A DNA stretch of 52,364 nucleotides, from the NCBI GenBank assembly GCA_031290175.1, contig JAITOC010000101.1, positions 1 through 52,364 on the forward strand, given 5' to 3'. The notes beneath the pieces were generated by a model. The model was not told the origin of the DNA, searched no databases, and saw only the letters and a list, made by a program, of their open reading frames with translations. The position numbers and the translations under genes were made by a program. Shown in pieces: positions 45,196 through 52,364 of this stretch. Source of the DNA: Coriobacteriales bacterium (lineage in GTDB: Bacteria > Actinomycetota > Coriobacteriia > Coriobacteriales > UBA8131). Positions within the stretch are counted from its first letter, which is position 1; each line of letters begins with the position of its first letter.

Positions 45196-46116
45196 ATGCC
45201 GGTGAATGTGCCTGATGGCCTGCCTGCCATAGATACCCTGCATGAGGAGAACATCTTTCTCATGACGGAACAGCGTGCCACGATGCAGGACATCCGACCA
45301 CTTGAGATTGCCATCGTCAACCTCATGCCCGCAAAGATTGTGACGGAAGCACAGCTTCTGCGCTTGCTCTCAAACACACCGTTGCAGGTTCACATCACGC
45401 TCGTTTCCATGGGTCGGCACATCACGAAGCATACGGCAGCTGCACACATGGAGGCTTTCTACCAGGACTCGGACACCATACTCGGCAAACGTTTCGACGG
45501 GCTCATCATAACCGGTGCGCCTGTCGAGACGCTGCTGTTTGACGACGTGGATTACTGGAGTGAGCTCGCTCGGCTTTTTGAGTGGTCAAGAACAAACGTC
45601 TACCGCAGTCTGTTCATCTGTTGGGGAGTGAACGCTGCGCTGCACCACTTCTACGGTGTGGAAAAGCGCATTCTCGACAAGAAGATCTCCGGCATCTACC
45701 CGCTTGACGTATACGACTCGTCTTCGCGCCTATTGCTCGGCCTCGATGACCCTTTTTATATGCCACAATCGCGCTATGCAACCGTCTTTCCCGAGGATCT
45801 TGAGGGAACCGGACTAAAGGTGCTCGCTGGCTCTGAGGACACAGGTGCGGTCATCATCGCGACGCCCGAGCACCGACAGGTCTTCGTCACCGGACATCTC
45901 GAGTACGATATCGACACCCTCGATTACGAGTACAAACGTGACATCGCGGCGGGGTTGCCTGTGGACATCCCACTCAACTATTATCCTGATGATGACCCCG
46001 CTAAGGCTCCCCTGGTGCGCTGGCGCACCTATGCTTTCCAATTCTTCTCCAACTGGCTAAACCATTACGTCTATCAGGAAACCCCCTTTGACCTCTCCCG
46101 CATTGACGACCGATAG
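45196..46116 (+). CDS. metA: homoserine O-acyltransferase, MetA type
   Basis: MPVNVPDGLPAIDTLHEENIF, NLMP.K..TE.QLLRLL, ICWG and GHLEYD motifs. Confidence 0.95.
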   Translation: MPVNVPDGLPAIDTLHEENIFLMTEQRATMQDIRPLEIAIVNLMPAKIVTEAQLLRLLSNTPLQVHITLVSMGRHITKHTAAAHMEAFYQDSDTILGKRFDGLIITGAPVETLLFDDVDYWSELARLFEWSRTNVYRSLFICWGVNAALHHFYGVEKRILDKKISGIYPLDVYDSSSRLLLGLDDPFYMPQSRYATVFPEDLEGTGLKVLAGSEDTGAVIIATPEHRQVFVTGHLEYDIDTLDYEYKRDIAAGLPVDIPLNYYPDDDPAKAPLVRWRTYAFQFFSNWLNHYVYQETPFDLSRIDDR

Positions 46117-46159
46117 GGTACAATTACCCTGCAGTACGTAAATATCGGGAGGATACTGA

Positions 46160-47689
46160 ATGGCGAACGACCAACCAAAACGACGCTCTATCAAGAGTTC
46201 AGGAGAAAAGGATGACTCCAGTCTTGACTCCTTCCTTGCTGAGCACAACCTTCTCCCCAACAAAGGAGCCCCCAAGCAGTCGTCTTTCTTCCCCTCTGAT
46301 TCACCGACTGAGAAGGCAGAGAGGGCCGAGAAAGCCAAAGAGGACGAGCAGTCGCCCTTTGACCCCAACGCAACCGTATCCTACGAATCCCTTGGTGAAG
46401 AGAAGCCTGAGTTTCCCTTCGCAGATGAGAGCGTTGCAGAATCGCCCACGGACAAACCAAAGACCGACAAAGCGGTGGACGCTGTGAGTAAGACCCCTGC
46501 CCGCTCGACAGCCCAGCGAAAGTCTCAACGTGAGAAGAAATTAGTCAAAACTGATTCTCCACAAAAAGCAGAACAAAACCCCGAACAAATCCAGGCACGA
46601 TCCTCTAAGCCAAGCGCTCAGTTATCCTCCGATCTCTCCTCGGGAAGCTCTTCTAAGCGCCCCGCTAAGTCGAGTTCGAAATCACGCTCGTCCACGGGGG
46701 CTTCTGGCGCTTCGCAAAAACAGGCTCCCAAGGAGCCTTCGAGGGCGCCTAAGCGAGAGTTGCTCCCCGAGGCAAACCCTGAATCCTATCACCAGACACT
46801 GATGCACGAGAGCGGTTACCGCATTCGTGGTGGAGGCGGCGGGAGACTCTCGAGTAGCCCCATTATCACCATCATCGCGACGGTTATCGCCCTCGCGGCC
46901 GTTGTGATCATAGCCTGGTTTGGCTTTGGGGCTGCCAAGGATTTTGTCACCGGCAAACCTCCTGAGCAGATTATCCTCGTGACAAGTGCCGAAACGCGCA
47001 CGGCTCTTGACTCTGAGCTTCCCTTGCTCCCCGCTGCCCTCTGGCAGGATCCTGACGACTATTACAATAGCTGCATCGAAGCCGGTTGGAATATCGTGCT
47101 TGTCGATCGCAAAACCGCAAAGAACCCTGACCCAACAGCCCTCGGCAAAGAGATCGTGCACCTGAAGGCAGGCGTGAGCCAAGATATACTCAAGGGCTAT
47201 TACGAAAGCGAATTTAACACCTATGACTTCGATGAGATGCAGGAATACTTCGTTGGTTCATGGATGCTTGACCTTCAGACCGGGAACAGTGGTAGGTTCT
47301 GCGAGGTCAAGTATGTCAACCTCGCAGCCGATGGGGTGCTTCCCGAGATGGAGCACCTACTCGCGATCCAGGGTCTGACGTTTCAGGGCTTGCCCGATAC
47401 AAATGCAGAGAACTATAAGGTGTATGTGAACGGCACTGATGACCATGGGAACACCGTCATGCGCGGCAGCTTCACCAATGGGGACGTCACCTATTACTGG
47501 GAGACGATTGGCTGCCCCTTTGAGGACTATTACGGCGGCAAAGACAAAAGGACATTGCCCGATACGGCAGTTTTTGTCAGACTTCGCGTGGCTACCTTCG
47601 ACTTCTACGGAGTGCCCGCCACATCCGACTACGCCGGAGAACTCCCCACTTCAGAGGATCCCGAGACCGACGCCACTCCTGAAGAGTAG
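46160..47689 (+). CDS. type-II membrane protein with a long disordered Ser/Lys-rich cytoplasmic N-terminus (hypothetical)
   Basis: RBS GGGAGGA. About 230 aa of low complexity, one TM helix (IITIIATVIALAAVVIIAWFGF), then an approximately 250-aa external domain. No family was recognised. Confidence 0.65.
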   Translation: MANDQPKRRSIKSSGEKDDSSLDSFLAEHNLLPNKGAPKQSSFFPSDSPTEKAERAEKAKEDEQSPFDPNATVSYESLGEEKPEFPFADESVAESPTDKPKTDKAVDAVSKTPARSTAQRKSQREKKLVKTDSPQKAEQNPEQIQARSSKPSAQLSSDLSSGSSSKRPAKSSSKSRSSTGASGASQKQAPKEPSRAPKRELLPEANPESYHQTLMHESGYRIRGGGGGRLSSSPIITIIATVIALAAVVIIAWFGFGAAKDFVTGKPPEQIILVTSAETRTALDSELPLLPAALWQDPDDYYNSCIEAGWNIVLVDRKTAKNPDPTALGKEIVHLKAGVSQDILKGYYESEFNTYDFDEMQEYFVGSWMLDLQTGNSGRFCEVKYVNLAADGVLPEMEHLLAIQGLTFQGLPDTNAENYKVYVNGTDDHGNTVMRGSFTNGDVTYYWETIGCPFEDYYGGKDKRTLPDTAVFVRLRVATFDFYGVPATSDYAGELPTSEDPETDATPEE

Positions 47690-47721
47690 CCTAAGGAACT
47701 GTAAAGAAATAAACTGCACAA

Positions 47722-47763
47722 GTCTTGCGGCCAATTTGCCCCAGCTCTGCGTTGGCGCAAGAC
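47722..47763. terminator. hairpin between convergent genes (possible paaK terminator)
   Basis: A 12-bp stem GTCTTGCG(g)CCAA / TTGGCGCAAGAC with one bulge. It is followed on the minus strand by a T-rich tract. Confidence 0.35.
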
Positions 47764-47788
47764 GGAATTATCGGTGTCTCCTTAGAGC

Positions 47789-49105
47789 CTATCCGCGTAG
47801 GTCTTCGACGTGTTTGGTCTTTCCCATGACGCGTTCTATGCTGGCGGGTTCTACGAGTTTGACGGTGACACCTACTTGCAACGCACCCTTTAGTTTCTCA
47901 GCTACGAGCCTGCGGAAGCCCTCCATCTCGGCGAGCGAATCGGTGAAGACCTGGGGCTCGACCTCGAGTGAGAGCTGGAGACGGTCGAGTCCGTCCACTG
48001 TTTCAACGACGAGGCGGTAGTAGGCGCTGGCGCCGGGGATACCGGCGAGCACGTCTTCGATCTGGCTCGGATAGACATTGGTGCCTCGGATGATGAGCAT
48101 GTCATCGGAGCGGTGCCGCACCTTGTCCATGCGTGCAGTCGTGCGGCCGCAACCGCAGGGTTCGGTAATCACGCGCGTGAGGTCGCGGGTACGATAGCGC
48201 AAAAGCGGGATGGCCTGCTTCTTGAGCGGCGTCAGAATAAGCTCGCCAACCGAGCCCTCCGGCAGTGGTTCGAGGGTATCCGGATCGACTACCTCCCAAT
48301 AGAAGCGATCCTCCATGATGTGCTGCTGGTCGCGGCTGACGAGGCATTCGCCCGACACGCCCGGCCCCATGACCTCGGTCAGGCCATAGTTGTCGGTACA
48401 GATGATGTGCATACGGCTTTCGATCTCCGACTTGAGCTTGGGCGGGCAGGGCTCGCCGCCAAACAGGCCAACGCGCAAACTCGACTTTGACCAGTCGTAC
48501 CCAAGCTTCTCCCCTACCTCACAGATATGTAGGGCGTAAGAGGGCGTGGCGATAAGCACGGTCGTGCCGTAATCCTCGATCATCATGATATGACGTTCGG
48601 TATTGCCCGCAGCTGCCGGGATCATCATACAGCCGAGGCCCTCAAGGCCGTAATGAAGCCCGAAGCCGCCAGTGAACATCCCGTAGCCAAATGCCATCTG
48701 TGCACGGTCGCCCGGGACAACGCCCGCCATCTGCGCCATCGCCATGATGCAATAGCGCCATTCCTCGATGTCCTGCTTCGTATAACCGACGACAATTGGC
48801 TTGCCCGTCGTGCCCGATGAGGCATGGAGCCTGACCACCTGATCGAGCGGCACCGCAAAGAGCCCATAGGGATAGGTGTCGCGCAGGGCGTTTTTTTCAG
48901 TGAAAGGTATCTTGTTCACATCCTCGCGCGCCTTGATGTCGCCCGGCTTGAGGCCAAGGGCGTCAAAGCGCTCGCGATAGAAGGGGACGCGCTCGTAGGT
49001 CCAAGCGACCTGCTCCTGCAGCAGCTTGAACTGAGCTGCGTTAATCTCTTCGCGCGATGCACACTCGAACTGCGGATTGAGAATGGGATGCGCCTGAGCC
49101 GTCAT
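47789..49105 (-). CDS. paaK: phenylacetate--CoA ligase family protein
   Basis: Adenylate-forming motif SSGTTGKP, YGLTE, and family-typical length and ends (FY.E.F...G.KP.DI). Confidence 0.9.
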   Translation of the reverse strand: MTAQAHPILNPQFECASREEINAAQFKLLQEQVAWTYERVPFYRERFDALGLKPGDIKAREDVNKIPFTEKNALRDTYPYGLFAVPLDQVVRLHASSGTTGKPIVVGYTKQDIEEWRYCIMAMAQMAGVVPGDRAQMAFGYGMFTGGFGLHYGLEGLGCMMIPAAAGNTERHIMMIEDYGTTVLIATPSYALHICEVGEKLGYDWSKSSLRVGLFGGEPCPPKLKSEIESRMHIICTDNYGLTEVMGPGVSGECLVSRDQQHIMEDRFYWEVVDPDTLEPLPEGSVGELILTPLKKQAIPLLRYRTRDLTRVITEPCGCGRTTARMDKVRHRSDDMLIIRGTNVYPSQIEDVLAGIPGASAYYRLVVETVDGLDRLQLSLEVEPQVFTDSLAEMEGFRRLVAEKLKGALQVGVTVKLVEPASIERVMGKTKHVEDLRG

Positions 49106-49536
49106 TACCTTCCTCCTCCGACTACGCGTGCTATCTCCTCTTGACTGACGAGACGGATGGGCTGACCTACGAGCTGCTGCTCAGCAACTGCGATGTCGGC
49201 AACCTTGAACGCAACATAGGTGGACACCAGCGAATAGGCGTATTCGATATTGATGTCCGCCGCTCCCACTGAGGTAAGTACGGTGCCGAGCGCGCCGGGC
49301 GTATCCGGCAACTCGATACAGAGCAACTCGCTTGAGCGCACCAGGAAACCTGCCTCAGAGAGCGCCGCCTCGGCGGCTTCGGGCAGGTCAACTACGAGCC
49401 GCGCGATACCGTAATCGGCTGTATCGGCCAACTGGAAACCGCGGATGCTGATGCCATTGCGCTCAAGCACGTGAGTGACACGCCCGACATGACCAGCTTG
49501 ATTCTCTAGAAAGACGCTGATTTGCTTGATGCTCAT
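49105..49536 (-). CDS. ACT domain-containing (amino-acid-binding) protein
   Basis: MSIKQISVFLENQAGHVGRVT..L...GI.I is a tandem ACT pattern. The stop overlaps the paaK ATG. Confidence 0.8.
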   Translation of the reverse strand: MSIKQISVFLENQAGHVGRVTHVLERNGISIRGFQLADTADYGIARLVVDLPEAAEAALSEAGFLVRSSELLCIELPDTPGALGTVLTSVGAADINIEYAYSLVSTYVAFKVADIAVAEQQLVGQPIRLVSQEEIARVVGGGR

Positions 49537-49560
49537 GAGTATTCCTTTGTCCAGCTTGCC

Positions 49561-50004
49561 TTATATACAGGAGAAACGCATCGAGAAGGTGCCTACTTGC
49601 AACAGCGCATCATCGAGCAGTTCAGCCTCCTCAACGATCCTACCATCAACCCACGTGCCGTTGAGGGAATTATTGTCACGCACGACAACCTTATCGCCAA
49701 GGCGCTCGATAATGGCATGCGTGCGTGAAACCGTCATGTTGTTCAGGAAGATGTCGCAGTTCGGGTCACGGCCGATGGTCACAGGAAAGCTTTCAAGGTA
49801 GAATACCTCGCCCTTGAGAGGGCCTTTCGTCAGAGTCAGATGTGCCTTGCCACAGCGCTTGTCGTCGATGACACCGCTTCCGGCTGGCCCCGGACTTGCC
49901 ATCTCCTCGGTCAGACCGACGAGATTAAAACCGCAACGCTCACATTCATGCACGTCCGCTGCGGCCTCTGTGCCACATACGGGGCATATCCTTGCTTCGT
50001 CCAT
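49561..50004 (-). CDS. zinc-ribbon + FHA domain protein
   Basis: N-terminal CPVCG...C.RCG. C-terminal FHA pattern (FPVTIGRDPNCDIFLNN.TVSRTHA.I......V.D.NSLNGT.V.G). Confidence 0.8.
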   Translation of the reverse strand: MDEARICPVCGTEAAADVHECERCGFNLVGLTEEMASPGPAGSGVIDDKRCGKAHLTLTKGPLKGEVFYLESFPVTIGRDPNCDIFLNNMTVSRTHAIIERLGDKVVVRDNNSLNGTWVDGRIVEEAELLDDALLQVGTFSMRFSCI

Positions 50005-50154
50005 GGTGACTCCAAATTACCCGCATTTTACCCAGCGATTACCCTATCACTTCCCATGATACCAGATGATGCAAGCGGCGGGGGATTGAATGCTTCAACC
50101 ACATGCCCCTCAACGACGGATAGGACAATCGTACCGTCCCCAATTGTCCAACTA

Positions 50155-50898
50155 CTATGCCTCTGGTTGGCTGCCGTTTCGATGCCGCAAAGCCTGGGCT
50201 CCTACGAAGTCGTTTGAGAGACGCAGGAGGTGTTCGAGCCCGGCCTCTGCGGGGAACGTATACTCCGCGCTGTCTGCTGCGGCAAACCAGGTTTGCGCTT
50301 GTATGCGCTGCTCGACATACTCGGCAAAAGACGCAGGCTGTACCTCGGGAAAGCTCATGAACGCATACTGCAATCCCTCGGCAGCGGCGGGCTGACAGAA
50401 GAGCTCATAGTTCTCGCCCGGCAGAACGGGTGAAGCAAGGATAAGGGCGGCAACTGTGTCGAGCTGAGCCATTGTCAGGGCACCCGAGTGCGGGAAGGCC
50501 AGCAACTCCGCACCCGCTAGCTCCTCAAGTACCGCCTGGCTCCCCTCCCCAAAAAGCGCGACGCAGGCAAGTTGTGAGCTTTCATCGGTTATCGCAAGAT
50601 CCTCAAAGAGTGCTCCTGCTTCATCGCTGAGCGTGCTGTGTGCCGTGAGCCACTCGTAAACCTCCTGTCTACACGCCTCGTTGGTGCTCACCATATACTC
50701 TCTATCCCCTGTACGGATGAGCAGCACGAGGTCGATAATCTCGCCTTCTCCATTGAGCAGGAGTGATGCTGTCGCGCCGCCCATCGCATCGAGTGATGTC
50801 ATGTCCGCCGTGAACAGGGTAGAGATGAAGCGCGCTGCGGCTTCTCCGCTGATGCGGAGTTTGCCCAGAGCGCTTATGTCGGTAAAGTTCAGAGGCAT
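50155..50898 (-). CDS. GcvT/YgfZ-like aminomethyltransferase folate-binding domain protein
   Basis: L.D.S..GKLRISGE.A..F...L.T.D...L......AS.LLN..G.I.D pattern. The start is uncertain: ATG 50898 lies just past the upstream stop, and ATG 50952 / GTG 50976 would overlap the carboxypeptidase gene. Confidence 0.6.
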   Translation of the reverse strand: MPLNFTDISALGKLRISGEAAARFISTLFTADMTSLDAMGGATASLLLNGEGEIIDLVLLIRTGDREYMVSTNEACRQEVYEWLTAHSTLSDEAGALFEDLAITDESSQLACVALFGEGSQAVLEELAGAELLAFPHSGALTMAQLDTVAALILASPVLPGENYELFCQPAAAEGLQYAFMSFPEVQPASFAEYVEQRIQAQTWFAAADSAEYTFPAEAGLEHLLRLSNDFVGAQALRHRNGSQPEA

Positions 50899-50908
50899 CG
50901 GTGTTGAA

Positions 50909-52165
50909 TCAGTAGGCAAAGGTTGTTGGCAGAAAGACTTCTGTGGTGGCATGATCGGGGACTCCAGAGAAGCCACCCCAGAGACGACTCCACCATATCT
51001 TGATGCCCTCCCAGAACCCGGGCGCGTTCACAGTCTCAGCAGCAATGAGGTCGAGTGTGACAAGAACCTCTCCGTTCTGGCTCCAGATCACCGTTCCCAC
51101 GCGCGCTCCTTTCTGCAGGGCGCCGCCCCAGTCTTCGAGCTTGACTTCCTGGGTTATCTCACCTGAATAGTCAAAGATGGTGATGGTTGCCGGGTTTGCC
51201 GCGTAGACATCCACTGTTTTATCGGGCCAGTCGGTCAGTGCGAGCCTGCCCACGGGAATCGTCGCGTTAATGAGTTCGATTTGTCGGTAGTGGGTGAATC
51301 CCCACTCAAGCAGAGTCTGTGCGTCATCAAAACGAGCCTCGGGTGTCGAGGCACCAAAGATGATGGCGTAGAGCTCGATACCGTTGTGCTTTACGCTTGC
51401 GATAAGGCAGTAGCCCGCCGCATCTGTTGTGCCCGTCTTGATCCCGGTCACACCATCCATGTAGTCAAACAACACGTTGGTTGACTCAAACTCCTCCACA
51501 CGCCCCCCGATGGTTGCCGTCGCCGTGGGCTTGCCAACAATCTCACGGAAGAGGGGCAGCCCCATGGCATAGCGCACGAGTTTGTAGTAGTCATCGACGG
51601 TCGTGTAGTGGTTATCCTCGTCGAGGCCGGAGGCGTTGACAAAATGTGTATTCGTCATACCGAGATCCAGTGCTTTGGCGTTCATCATGTCGACAAAGGC
51701 AAACTGGTTGCCCGCAACATTCTCTGCTATTGCCACTGCGGCGTCGTTGCCAGAGGGAACAAGCAGACCGAGGAGCAGGTCACGCATGGTGGCCGTGTCA
51801 CCTTCCTGGAGATTGGCGCTGGTGCCGTCGGTGGTTGCCGCGCCATAGGTCACGTACATCGACGTTTCTGGAGCACAGTTTTCGATGGCGACAACAGCCG
51901 TCATCACCTTGGTACATGATGCCATGGCGGTCGGCGTCATGCCATTGCGCTCCCAGAGCACCAGGCCGTCCTCTGTGCAAAGGCCAGCATACTCGGCATC
52001 GATATCGGGGGCGTCTGTGATGGGCGCGCGCGCAAGTGGCGTGCCCTTGACGCTGTCTGTCGCACGTACATCTGCAAAGGACTGCTGCGGGATCGAAAAG
52101 CTACAGGCGCATGCAAGGACAAACGCCAACAACAGGCATACGAATTGGGAGGGGCGCCTACGCAT
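50909..52165 (-). CDS. D-alanyl-D-alanine carboxypeptidase (peptidase S11, low-MW PBP)
   Basis: Signal peptide, SxxK (ASCTKVMT), SxN (PSGND) and KTG (IKTGTT) motifs. Confidence 0.9.
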   Translation of the reverse strand: MRRRPSQFVCLLLAFVLACACSFSIPQQSFADVRATDSVKGTPLARAPITDAPDIDAEYAGLCTEDGLVLWERNGMTPTAMASCTKVMTAVVAIENCAPETSMYVTYGAATTDGTSANLQEGDTATMRDLLLGLLVPSGNDAAVAIAENVAGNQFAFVDMMNAKALDLGMTNTHFVNASGLDEDNHYTTVDDYYKLVRYAMGLPLFREIVGKPTATATIGGRVEEFESTNVLFDYMDGVTGIKTGTTDAAGYCLIASVKHNGIELYAIIFGASTPEARFDDAQTLLEWGFTHYRQIELINATIPVGRLALTDWPDKTVDVYAANPATITIFDYSGEITQEVKLEDWGGALQKGARVGTVIWSQNGEVLVTLDLIAAETVNAPGFWEGIKIWWSRLWGGFSGVPDHATTEVFLPTTFAY

Positions 52166-52364
52166 AGAGCTCTTCCGGTTTGACTACGCGGTAACCCGCT
52201 GCCGCAATGACCTGCTCCGCCTCATCAAGTGCATCGATACGGAGCACATCGATAGCCTTGCCGCCCTCGACAACAAAACAATACGCATATTCGACATTGA
52301 TGCCCGCCGCGTCAAAGGCCTCAAGCAGCGCGGCAAGACCTCCGGCGCTATCGGGCACCTCGAT
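52158..52364 (-). CDS. ACT domain-containing protein, C-terminal part (gene runs off the right edge)
   Basis: The frame stays open to the window end. ..GGLAALLEAFDAAGINVEYAY.. parallels the ACT protein at 49105-49536 (GALGTVLTSVGAADINIEYAY). Confidence 0.7.
   Translation of the reverse strand: MEVPDSAGGLAALLEAFDAAGINVEYAYCFVVEGGKAIDVLRIDALDEAEQVIAAAGYRVVKPEELYA

Overview
This 52.4 kb window is chromosomal DNA from a high-GC Gram-positive anaerobe. I infer a Coriobacteriia/Eggerthellaceae-like organism from three traits: a Tat-exported bis-MGD reductase paired with a polytopic membrane LuxR regulator, a long actinobacterial-type IF-2, and T-box control of trp. All family calls come from motifs read in the translations; no database search was possible.

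Contents, left to right:
- Truncated serS start.
- Five-gene molybdopterin oxidoreductase operon (catalytic subunit, 4Fe-4S subunit, membrane anchor, unknown acidic protein, TorD-like chaperone) with a divergent membrane LuxR regulator.
- PRC-barrel and YtxH pair.
- An abruptly low-GC single-gene island (ATC-hydrolase family) next to a flippase-like membrane protein.
- A 194-bp MITE-like element with perfect 35-bp terminal inverted repeats and an 8-bp target duplication, just upstream of a consensus promoter, a Trp T-box leader and a complete trpEGDCFBA operon.
- A four-gene cluster headed by an unusually large acidic-repeat bactofilin.
- The conserved rimP-nusA-ylxR-infB-rbfA-nrnA-truB-ribF block.
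- A VTC-domain / DUF4956 / Cthe_2159-like beta-helix lipoprotein operon, divergent from an OmpR-type two-component system.
- A lipid kinase / hybrid sensor kinase operon.
- metY-metA with a structured leader.
- paaK-ACT, a zinc-ribbon FHA protein, a GcvT-like protein, a D-Ala-D-Ala carboxypeptidase and a second, truncated ACT gene.

No rRNA, tRNA, CRISPR array, transposase or phage genes were recognised.

The best candidates for an undescribed system are the bactofilin-centred cluster (19975-25981) and the VTC/DUF4956/beta-helix module with its two-component system (34748-40358). Next come the reductase operon with its unknown accessory protein and the MITE-like insertion.
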